Assembly: GCF_009914755.1 (NCBI RefSeq)
Contig: NC_060938.1
DNA from: the human T2T-CHM13v2.0 reference genome, Homo sapiens
Reading direction: 5' to 3' (one strand)
Length of the DNA stretch: 64,000 bases
Shown here one piece after another: positions 45,150 to 58,810 of this stretch; within the stretch, counting starts at the first letter, position 1, and each line of letters opens with the position of its first letter. The notes beneath the pieces are model-generated. The model was given only the letters and a program-made list of their open reading frames with translations. It did not search any database and was not told the origin of the DNA. Both the position numbers and the translations under genes were made by a program.

Positions 45150-45495
45150 GTCAAACATCAGCATTTTTGTGCTCCTCCACATGGCCTGTCTCCATGTGGA
45201 GAGCTTGGGCTTCCTCACAGCATGGTGGTCTCGAGGTAGTCAGACTTGCTACATGGTAGCTGGTCTCCAAGAGTAAAAGCAGACGCTGATAAACCTTTTG
45301 AAAGTTAGGCCCAGAACTGGCACAGCATCCTCTCTGCCTTGTTCTGTCAGTCAAAGCAAGTAATAAGAAATCATGAGGTGAGTCCAGATTCAATGGAAGG
45401 AGAAATAAACTTCACCTCTTGAACAGTGGAGCAGCATGTGTATACAATGGGAGAAGGATTTGATGGTGGCCATTTTTGGACACTGTCTACTACAG
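45150..45495 (-). mobile_element. MLT1-type LTR remnant
   Basis: CTCCTCCACATGGCC..GGGCTTCCTCACAGCATGG..GAACTGGCACAGCAT..GTGGCCATTTTTGGA. Confidence 0.6.
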
Positions 45496-45546
45496 AGGAG
45501 AGAGAAAATAAATATATAGACAAACAGGAAAATACCAGATAGTAAT

Positions 45547-45936
45547 TGTCAGGCCTCTGAGCCCAAGCTAAGCCATCATATTCCCTGTGACCGGCAGGTA
45601 TACATACAGATGGCCTGAAGTAACTGAAGAATCACAAAAGAAGTGAAAATGGCCTGTTCCTGCCTTAACTGATGACCTTACCTTGTGAAATTCCTTCTCC
45701 TGGCTCAAAAGCTCCCCCACTGAGCACCTTGTGACCCCCACCCCTGCCTGCCAGAGAACAACCGCCTTTGACTGTAATTTTCCACTACCTACGCAAATCC
45801 TATAAAACGGCCCCACCCCATCTCCCTTCGCTGACTCTCTTTTCGGACTCAGCCCGCCTGCACCCAGGTGAAATAAACAGCCTTGTTGCTCACACAAAGC
45901 CTGTTTGGTGGTCTTGTCACACGGACGCAAGTGAAA
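45547..45936 (+). mobile_element. HERV-H solo LTR7
   Basis: Canonical TGTCAGGCCTCTGAGCCCAAGCTAAGCCATCATA start; TATAAAA 45801-45807; AATAAA 45872-45877; ends ACGGACGCAAGTGAAA; TSD GTAAT/GTAGT; inserted in L2-like sequence. Confidence 0.93.
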
Positions 45937-46050
45937 GTAGTAAGAGCTGTTCAGAGAATCGAAACAGGGTGATTTGATGGAGAATGACTGAGGAACTCCT
46001 GGAGATTGAGGGGGTTGTCAGGGAAAGTCTCTCTCAGGAAGTGATGTTTA

Positions 46051-46465
<415 letters not shown>

Positions 46466-46965
46466 TTAAGGAATAGAAAGACCACATGTTAGGAGTGTAG
46501 AAAAGGACAGGGAGCATGGGCTGGAAAACAGGTCAGACAAGTGGGAAGGGCCAGATCAAGTGAATCAGGGGAAGGAAGCTGGACTTTATTCCCAGAACCA
46601 TTCATGGAAAGTGATTGAAGGGTTTGCAGCAGAGAGGGGACATAATATGACTTACATTAGTGAAAGGTCACTCTGGCTGCCTTGCAGAGAACAGGAAGTG
46701 TAAGTGTCGAAGCAACAAGACCAGTCAGGAGGCTACTGTGAAAGCCCAGGGGAGATGGTGGCTTGTTCTGGCTGCTGGCTGTGGGGAGGAGACAAAACAG
46801 AGATAAGTTTGGTGGCTGGACCAGAAGTTGCTGAGGATTGAGCCTTTGCTGTCTTGGTTCAATTCCCCTTCATGCCCAGGTGATCACTGCAGAAACCTCC
46901 TGGTTGGTCCTCACCCACACCTAGCTGTCGGTTAGTGCCCCTCCTTAGAGTTTTGTGGGGGGTTT

Positions 46966-47273
46966 CTGTTTTGTTGAGACAGGGTCTGCTTCTGTTGCCC
47001 AGGCTGGATTGCAGTGGTGCAATCATAGCTTACTATAACCTTGAACTCCTAGACTTCAAGCAATCCTCTTGCCTGGCGTCTGTAGTAGCTTGGACTACAG
47101 ACAACACCACCATGCCCAGCTAATTAAAAAAAAAAAAAAAAAAAGATAACTTTTGTAGAGATGGAGTCTCGCTATGTTGCCTAGGCTGGTCTCCAACTCC
47201 TGGGCTCAAGTGATCCTCCCACCTTGGCCTCCCAAAGTGCTGGGATTACAGGTGTAAGCCATGGTGCCCAGAC
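46966..47273 (-). mobile_element. Alu (AluJ-like)
   Basis: TSD CTCCTTAGAGTTTT at 46941-46954 and 47274-47287. Confidence 0.9.
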
Positions 47274-47874
47274 CTCCTTAGAGTTTTTAAGATTACTTTA
47301 AATTCCATATCGTTGCACACAATGAGACCCTTCATGGTAGGCTCTGCTCCTTCCCACTTAGATTGGTTTCCCATCTCTGTCCCACATAGGCCTTTGCTCC
47401 AGCCAGATCTGTCTTCACTGTTCCCTGACCATGTCCTGGTTCATGACCCTGTGCCTGGCATGTGCTGTCTACTCTGCCTAAAATATTTCTTCTCCCTCAC
47501 CTCCATTACTTTGTCTACCCAACTTCTGTTCCTCCCTCAAAATCTAACAGGTGTCACCTCTTCCACTAAGCCTTCCCTGAAACCCCAGTTTTATATAGAT
47601 TTCTATGCACGTGACACACAACAGCATAAATGTCCAACATCTCTTCCAATTGGTTGGGGTTTCTTAAGGACAGAGACCATCCCTAGAACCCGGCACAAGG
47701 CTCCATAAGCTGATGCTATCATTTTCAGCACAGGTTACCCTTGGAGTGTGAAAATGTGTCTTACAAGGTGAAATCACAGCAGAAAGATTTGATAGACCCC
47801 CGTAATGAGGTCCTCCATTCTCCCAGGCTGATTCTGGGAGGCTGGACTCATCACTTAAGAAGCCTGCAAGTAAG

Positions 47875-48154
47875 GGCCGGGCACAATGGCTCACGCCTGT
47901 AATCCCAGCACTTTGGGAGGCCAAGGCAGGTGGATCACGAGGTCAGGAGTTCACTCTAGCCTGGCCAACATGGTGAAACCATGTCTTTACTAAAATCACA
48001 AAAATTAGCCGGGCCTGGTGGCGCATGCCTGTAATCCCAGCTACTCAGGAGGCTGAGGCAGGAGAATTGCTTGAACGCAGGAGGTGGAGGTTGCAGTGAG
48101 CTGAGATCGTGTCACTGCACTCCAGCCTGGGGGGATACAGCAAGACTCTGTCTG

Positions 48155-48180
<26 letters not shown>
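47875..48180 (+). mobile_element. Alu (AluS-like)
   Basis: TSD AGAAGCCTGCAAGT on both sides; long poly(A). Confidence 0.94.
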
Positions 48181-48185
<5 letters not shown>

Positions 48186-48809
48186 GCCTGCAAGTCTTCA
48201 ATGGGAGAACTGACACAAGATCTTCAGGGCTCGACATGCTCCAGGAAAGGTCTGGCCCCTGCACACAATGGTCACCATTACTGCTGGTAATAGCATTGGC
48301 TCTTGGCAGAATTAGTACTCAGACCACCATTCTCCCCTCGCTCCTACCCATAGTCTCTGGGAAGATCTGAAAAGCCTACTGCTGTCAACATGAAGTTCAC
48401 CATAGTGCTTAAAGGTAAATACACTACAAGTGGCTGACTCTAAAATCTATACCCAGACCCGGTCCTCGTTTCTGAACTTCAGACTCTCATATCAAATTGC
48501 CTGATGGACTTCAGTACCTAGATATCCTCCAAACTTGGCAAAACTGAACTCATCGTTTCTCTTGCCCCCATATACTCATAAGTGGCAGCCCACTGGGAAT
48601 GACTGATGGATGTCTCTTGAGTTCATCCCCTTCATTGCCATTGCCAGGATCCTGTTGCAAGCACTTAGCTTCTCTGGCCTGCAGAACCACCTGAGCCCTT
48701 CCCCAGCCTCCCTCTTCCTGGCCTCATCTTCCTCAGGTACCCAGAGCATCTCTCCAAAATGCAAATCTAATCTTGTCGTTCCTCTCTCACAAAACCCTTA
48801 ATTGCTCAA

Positions 48810-48989
48810 TGCAGGTTATCAAACTTTAGTTTGCATCTGAATTGCCTTATAAGCTTCTTAAAAAATGCAGATTCCTGAGCCCCCTCCAGACCTCCAAAAA
48901 TCCAAAGTTCTGTGGGTGGAGTGATGCACATTCTCAACCAGTGCCCAAGGGGTTCTGATAGAGCTGGGTTCCACTTTGAGAAACACTGC
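48810..48989. mobile_element. MER5-type hAT MITE
   Basis: GTTATCAAACTTTAG..GCATC..AAAATGCAGATTCCTG..CACTTTGAGAAACACTG. Confidence 0.6.
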
Positions 48990-49477
48990 CATGCACAGGC
49001 AACTCCAAGTTCCATCATTCACTCCACCGGGCCCTTCTCAGGCCAGGGACACCTCAAGCAAGGTCTGTGTCATCCACTGCCTCCTGACACACCCTACTCT
49101 CCATGGTATGGCTTACCTTCCACCTTTGCTCTATCTTGCCTGGTGCCAAGAATGTCTTCTTCGAAAGACCGAGCCCTTTTTTCACTCCGATAACTCAATA
49201 ATCCTTTGGAACGTTGCTACTCAAAGCATCAGCATCTCCTGGGATCTTGTTAGAAATTCAGAATCGCAGGCCCCACCCCAGCCCTACTGAATCAGAGCCT
49301 TGGTAATTCCAATGCACATAAGAGAAGAAGAAGCACAGCCTTATAACTTGGCTCAATAGTCACCTGTTCCAAGAAGCCTTCCTAAGCTGACACAGACTCA
49401 TCAAATACCCATTCCTCCAAACTGACATTGGACATCACAATCACAGGGCTTGTAACATTTAAAAGTTAGGAATCTCA

Positions 49478-50897
49478 AGCTGCCGGGGGATCCCTGCACG
49501 CCATGCCACATCCTGCCTGTCTGTCCCCGCGGGTCGTTGCCCACGACAGCCGCGCCATGACCACCCAGCAGCTCGTCCTCCAGGGCCTGGGCCCATGGGG
49601 CTTCCGTCTCGTGGGTGTCAAGGACTTCGAGCAGCCTCTCACTATTTGCCGGGTCACTCCTGGAAGCAAGGTGGCTCTAGCTAATTTATGTATCAGAGAT
49701 GTAATCACAGCCATTGATGGGGAAAATTCTAGCAATATGACGCACTTGGAAGCTCAGAACAGAATCAAAGGCTGCAAAGACAACATGACTCTCACTGTAG
49801 CCAGATCCGAACATAAAGTCTGGTCTCCTCGGTGATGGAGGAAGAGAAGTGTCGTCCATACAAGATGAATTTAGTCTCTGAACCCCAGGAGGTCCTGCAC
49901 ATAGGAAGCGCCCACAACCGAAGTTCCATGCCCTTTACCACCTCGCCTGCCTCCAGCACTAACGCCAGGGTCATCACAAACCAGTACAACAACCCAGCTG
50001 GCCTCTACTCTTCTGAAAATATATCCAACTTCAACAACGCCCTGGAGTCAGACTGCTACCAGCGGGGTGGAGGCGAACATGCTCAGCCTCCAATCAGCCT
50101 TGTCATCGACAAAGAATCTGAAGTTTGCAAGGTGCTTCAGGAGATACGGGAGTTGAATGAGCCCCCAAAACAGTCTGTGTCTTTTCTGGTTTTGCAGAAA
50201 ATCCTGGAGTCTGAAGAAAAAGAGGATCCCAACAAGCCCTCAGGATTCAGAAGTGTTAAAGCTCCTGTCACTAAAGTGGCTGCATTGATTGGAAATGCTC
50301 AGAAGTTGCCTATGTGTGACAAATGTGGCCCTGGAATTGTCGGTGTGTTCGTGAAGCTGTGGGACCGTCACCGCCATCCCGAATGTTACTTGTGCACTGA
50401 CTGTTGCACCAACCTGAAACAGAGGGACCATTTCTTTGTGGAGGATCAAATCTACTGTGAGAAACATGCCTGGGAGTGAGTCGCACCACCCGAGGGCTAT
50501 GAAGTGGTTACCGTGTTCCCCAAGTGACCCGGCAGATCCGACCACTGTTCTCCAGCCGGCCTGTGCTGCAGCTTTTTCTCTGAGTGTCCTGGCCCTCTCC
50601 TCTCTTGAAAGTTCTCTGCTTACTTTGGTTTTCCCCCTGCTCGTAAAACATTGAGTCCCCTGCCTTGGTTAATTGATTCACACTGGTTGTGTGATGCCCG
50701 TTTTTACAATTAAAGGAAAACAGTTTTGTTCAGTGTCCCCTTGCCAGAAACACCATGTCCTTTCCTCCCCTCTCTTCTTCTCTGCTGCATTTAGACATCA
50801 GCCAAATTTGAACCCAATCAAATATAATGTATCTGACATCGATTTTGTTTTTACTCAATAAATTTATAGACTCCAAAAATAAAAAATAAAAATAAAT
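49478..50897 (+). pseudogene. PDLIM1: Processed pseudogene of PDLIM1 (CLP36/elfin)
   Basis: Intronless. ATG at 49557 gives MTTQQLVLQGLGPWGFRLVG (PDZ); ZM motif ITNQYNNPAGLYSSENI; LIM CDKC..HPEC..CTDC..CEKH; ancestral C-terminus EGYEVVTVFPK* at 50527; 3'UTR with AATAAA and A-rich tail; 17-bp TSD AAAAGTTAGGAATCTCA at 49461-49477 and 50898-50914 in a TTT/AAAA L1 endonuclease site; 1-bp frameshift at ~49830 and premature TGA at 50477-50479. Confidence 0.97.
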
Positions 50898-51485
50898 AAA
50901 AGTTAGGAATCTCATAGTCCAGTCCCAGAGAACTGTCAGATTTAAAGAGTGGCCCAAAGAAGAATTCCAATGCCATTATCCCCAAAGCCCAGGGAACACT
51001 CCTTTTTCATTCTTGCAGTCCCATGCCCCATCTTGGCACCTTGCCCCCTTTCTCCTCTGCTGGTGTTCAGCCCCACAGGAGGTGTTTCCGACATGCCCGG
51101 TCCCCCTGCCTCATCTGGCCTCTGTGGCGTGGTTCTTCTTCGGCACTGCTTTTCTCCTGAGAATCTTGCTGGGTGGCTCCGTCTCTTCTCCTTTCAGAGA
51201 GTGGGGCAGGTGGAAGGAATGAAGTGGGCAGTGCCTGGTGTTCTCAGTGGGTTCTGGGCTGTCATAGAAGTGCCTCTTCATGTTTCTCTCTCTCCCATAC
51301 TTGGACAGCAAGAGTCCTGTTCATTGTTGGACACCCAACATGTCCCTCACATGGTGGGAAGAGCACCAGCCCAGGGGCCAGAGGACTGTTCTCACACCCG
51401 GCTCTGCCACGGACTAGGGATGTCACCTGGGGCAGGCCCCTGTACCTCTCTGGACCTCTAGTTATTGGTCTATTAAAGGGGATAA

Positions 51486-51851
<366 letters not shown>

Positions 51852-51901
51852 CCATAAGATGTTTCTACAAAGTGAAGACAGTACCTGGGTATGACACATA
51901 G

Positions 51902-51957
51902 GCATGCATGCACGCACGTGCGTGCACACGCACACACAGACACACACACACACACGC
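51902..51957. repeat. Alternating purine-pyrimidine / (CA)n tract with an 18-bp palindrome
   Basis: GCATGCATGCACGCACGTGCGTGCACACGCACACACAGACACACAC... Confidence 0.9.
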
Positions 51958-52022
51958 TTATACTCACAGCCACTCCATCTCGGTGCTGTTCATCAGCCAA
52001 AACAAAAGACAGCAGAATCCCA

Positions 52023-52807
<785 letters not shown>

Positions 52808-52851
<44 letters not shown>
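52808..52851 (+). repeat. (GA)22 microsatellite
   Basis: Directly visible, at the position of the retrocopy tail. Confidence 0.97.
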
Positions 52852-52855
<4 letters not shown>

Positions 52856-54153
52856 AGTGAGCAAAGCCCCAGGTCAGTTGTCTGCTGGCTGCTGCTCTGA
52901 GTCTCAGCCAGAGCTCTGGACGAGGAGGAACTCAATCCCCTTGGCATCCCCATGAGTGCCTAGAGTGGAGATTTCTCCTCTGCAGCAAACTGGGTATCTA
53001 GTACATGTGGACGTTCTCACTGAGGAGTGTTTCAGAGCCATTAGCAGACACAGAAGTATTCTGGCCATCCAGGGAGTTGGTCGCAGCTCGCTCTAGCAGA
53101 GGAGTGAGGGACTAGGGGCCCGGGAGTTAGCATGCTTGCCTAGGACATCTGTGGAATCTTTATTTTCCCTTTTTTCCTGCTGAATGAGGTGAGAGAGTTC
53201 TCTAAATGGGTATGGGGTCAAGGAACACTTATTATTTTTGGAATAGTTACAAAGATCTCTCGGGCATAAATGAGACTTGGAAACTGGACTACTCCTCCCC
53301 TCCCCACTTCCATTTGATGAATGACAGCTCTTCATGTATGACACACCTACCATGTGACATGCACTGTATTAGATGCTTGACTTCTGTTGTTTTAGTTGGC
53401 ACGTTCTTTTCACACAGTTGAAAATGAGGCCCAGGTGCTCACGTGATTTTTAGAACCTAGGGTAGAGCCTGGAGCATCTGCCCTTCACCTCCATCTTCCT
53501 CACTCTGTCAGCCTTTCCCAAGGCATTCTCAGTAGAGGCCTAGTCTAGGGGGACCTTCTGTGGTCAGATGAATTGGTTGGGCACTGTCAGCACTTTATGT
53601 GCCCCTTGGTTTCAGGATGCTGTGAGCTGAACATCACAGGATACCCTAAGGCCTAAACTACAAAGTGACAAACCCAAAGCGCCATTCTGGGGTGGTTAAT
53701 GCAGCAACTTAACAGCATCAAAGATCAAGACCAGTTTCTCTGAGATTTTCTTGGCTTTTCCCTCATGATTCCAACAGGACTGCAGTAGCGCCAAGCCCAT
53801 GTCTTCACATGACAATGTCCTAAGGCAGGAAGGGGCAAGTACTCATCCTGTGTCATGTTTTAAGAGCCAAGAAATCCTTCCTAGAGGTTCCCAGGGCCGA
53901 TCGTCTTTGCATTCGTTACATGCAGGACCACAGCACATGGCTATAACTAAAGCAGTTACTGAAGGAAAATGGCTCCGACCTGTGAACATTTCATCCTGGG
54001 ACCAGGGAGGAGCCCATGAGACACACAGGTGCTATAAACCAACAAAACTGAGGGTCTCTCAGCAAAGGCATGCGGCAAGGAATGTTGAGCAGGAAACCAA
54101 CACGGTTTTCCATACCCTTCTTGAAGATTTGCATTGCACATTAATATGTTTAA

Positions 54154-54822
<669 letters not shown>

Positions 54823-55692
54823 CCAGACTTATTTTTTCTTGGAGTTCTTATTAACTCCCTGCAGACACTGTGAGCAAAACTGGGTCCGCCATGCTGTTTT
54901 CCTCAGTTAAACGACTGTCCTGAGAGCTCTTTGGCACAGCCGTGCAGCCAGATAGTGCCCTTTGCAAACACCAGAGAACAATGAGAGCTAGAAGAATGGC
55001 TGGGTTCAGTCATTTGAAGGAAAGAGTTTTCTTTGGCTCATTTAATGGGAAATAAAGGCAAGAGTTCTCTCCTGTGGGCTTCTTTTCCTTTTGGCCATTC
55101 TAAATTAATAGGTTTAAGACATTACTTTTAGTTTAATTTCTTTCCATTACACTTTCAGTACTCCAGTGCCACCAGGGAGGGCAGCAATGACTGCTTTTAA
55201 TAGTGATTAAAGACGGACCCATGGTTAGGTCAAACCAGGCCTGCACCTCCTCCCATGCTGCACGTGCATCGGCATCAGCAAAGCCTGCAAGAATGCTCTT
55301 GAGTGATGACTTCCCCATGGCCACTTGTCTGCAGCAAGCAGCCTGCCAGAAGCCGGGACAGCTGGCAGCCCGTGCCCACCAAGCTCTCAGCCGCAAAACC
55401 TCTCCTTCTCTCTCCTCCTCAGTCCTCCTGTCTCCCCACCCATAGTGTGTTCTCTAGCAATACATCCATTAGTTGTTTCCCTGCTGCTAGACATCTAGAT
55501 TACTTAAACTGCTTTTGCTGTTGGAAGCAATGCCTCCCTGAGCATGCGTGTGAGCGTTTCTCAAAGGTAGATCCCAGAACGAGGAATCACTTGGTTCACC
55601 AGGCTTGCACATTTAAAAATGTGACAGATACAGGCTTTTAAACTGCTCCATCGCCTTGGTGCAGAATGGAACTCCTGAGAGGTGAGGTCAGC

Positions 55693-55978
55693 GAGAAGAT
55701 GTGAGTGGCTCTGAGCTGACGTTAGCCTGTGTGTTCCTGTCCCAGCACTCACACCGTGCAGGGAGGGAGAAGTTACGAGTGGCTCTGAGCTGGCCAGTGG
55801 ACCGCATGTTCCTATCCCGGCAGTCACACAGTGCAGTGAGAAGATGTGTGTGGCTCTGAACTGGCCGGTGGACCGCGTGTTCCCGTGTGGCACTCACACC
55901 AGGCAGTGAGAAGATGTGTGTGGCTCTGAGCTGACGGTAGCCTGCGTGTTCCCGTCCCGGCACTCACACCCGTGCAGT
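55693..55978 (+). repeat. Minisatellite, 4 units of ~70-74 bp
   Basis: Units start GAGAAG at 55693, 55767, 55838 and 55908; shared GTGGCTCTGA(G/A)CTG..TGTTCC..GCA(C/G)TCACAC..GCAG. Confidence 0.93.
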
Positions 55979-56409
55979 GTTGCTTCTCCTGCACTTGCTG
56001 ATCCTATAATTGATATAGGGAAGGGCCTGGTAATGGATTGTCTCAGGGGGAAAAAATGATTCCCCTTCTATGTTTCTGCTCAGTCATTTCCTCTTCCGCC
56101 GGGGTGGGATGAGATAGGAATAGGAAGGGTTTGAGGAAAGAAGTCCTTTGTTTAAAAATAGCAGAGAAGTGCTGCTTGGTAATTTCCCTGATTTTTACTC
56201 ACTGAAGAACCTGACTCCAGCTCTTCTTGAGTTTGGGATGGACAATGGAATGGCTTGGCGCCATCCTAGGCTCTGTCATGCGTTCATGCAACAAGCATTT
56301 GTTGAACACCTCAGGGGTATAGCATACTGATTGATCAGGGCATCACTGGCCTTCATGCAGATGTGGGGTCCTGGGAGCCCCCTACTATTTGAGTCAAGGC
56401 CTGTTTCAT

Positions 56410-56789
56410 TGTTCTTGACTGAATGTTTGTGTTTCTCCCAAAATTCTTATGTTGAAGTCCTAATCCTCAGGGCAATGGTATTTGGAGATGGGGCTTTTAG
56501 GGAGGTAATGAGTTAGGTGAGGTCACAAGGGTGGGGGGCCTCGTTCTGATGGGACTACTGTCCTTTAGAAGAAGGAACACCAGAGAGCATGCTCACTCTC
56601 TCTCCCCCCTCCCCATGTGAGCACTTAGCAGGAAGGCAGCTGCCTGCAAACCAGGAAGAGAGACCTCACCAGGAACCAGATTAACTCGCACCCTGATCTT
56701 GGACCCGGAACTGTGAGAAAATACATTTCCGTTGTTGAAGCCACCTAGTCGATGGTATTTTATTATGGCAGCCCAAGAAGACTAAGACA
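56410..56789 (+). mobile_element. MLT1A-type solo LTR
   Basis: GACTGAATGTTTGTG..AAAATTCTTATGTTGAAG..GTATTTGGAGATGGGG..GACTAAGACA. Confidence 0.8.
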
Positions 56790-57389
56790 GCTGGGTAGCT
56801 GGGAGGTGCCATGGGGAGCACACAGGGACTTGGGGAGTGACCAGCCACCCACTGGTACAGAAGTATTTCAGTATTTCAACAACAGATACAAAAATGCTAG
56901 CACCAGCACTGTTCATGGGGTTTACATGCTAGTGAGAAGAGACAGACAATATACAAAATAAGCAAAATAAATAGTGTGTCAAATGGTGTAACCTCTGTGG
57001 AAACAAACAAGGCAGAGAGAGAATTAGCAAGTGCCTTGGAGGAGGGAGGTTGCTACTTTATGTTGTACAAAGAAGGAAAGAGAAGGAGAAAGGCGTGCTC
57101 CCTATCCTTTAAGGCACACTATCATTTAAGGGCATTTTACAGAAGTTGTGCACACTTACTTAATTCTTAAAGCCTCTTGCTCAGAACTTAATCATACAGC
57201 CACACCTTGCTGAGAGAGAAGATGGGAAACACAGACCAAATTCTGGAAAGCCATGTGCACAGCTGTGGGTCAGGGGAGGTGGGGGTCTCTGCTACTGAAG
57301 GTGCAGAGACTAGGAATTGGGAGGCCACCAGCCACAACAGGGGAATAACATGACTGGATTGTGTTGTAGAAAGATAATTTTTCAGGATC

Positions 57390-57735
57390 TGTTGGGAGAC
57401 AGTTCTCCATGCGTCTCTAGCATTTGTGGGTGTCTTATGAGCAGGAGCACTCACTGCCTCTGTTCTGGAATCTCTTTCCAAAGGCATTTGAATAGCAAAT
57501 AGCCTTGGAAGACAAGACTCTCCCTTTGGAGCAAAGTACAGGCATGCTTAGTGCCTAGTATAAGAAAGATAATGTCTTCTGCAGAAGAGGTCAGACACTT
57601 ATTGCCTATCATAAAAGATGCTGATTCTCTAAGCTCAGCATTCCTCCCCTCTAACACAACCCACTGTGTGTGCAGGTGCAACTGGGCCTTCTTTATGTTG
57701 ACCTGTGGAAATTGGAGCCAAGGGAACCAGCATAA
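57390..57735 (+). mobile_element. ERVL LTR (LTR47-like)
   Basis: TGTTGGGAGACAGTTCTCCATG..AGCCTTGGAAGA..GGAGCAAAG..CTAAGCTCAG..AACCCACTGTGTGTGCAGG. Confidence 0.55.
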
Positions 57736-57799
57736 GAACATATACTTAATTTCCACTTTACAAGAACAGATATATATATATGTAATTATTCCCATGTAT

Positions 57800-58810
<1,011 letters not shown>

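Noticed and set aside
47126-47144. A19 run of opposite polarity in the linker of an antisense AluJ
   Set aside because: Most simply slippage of the AT-rich linker seen in old AluJ copies; no TSD to indicate a separate insertion
49557-50527. Functional full-length PDLIM1 gene
   Set aside because: Intronless with TSD and poly(A), frameshifts and a premature stop: processed pseudogene
55693-55978. CRISPR-like repeat-spacer appearance
   Set aside because: Eukaryotic context, no cas genes, and the variable parts recur as two types instead of being unique spacers; it is a minisatellite
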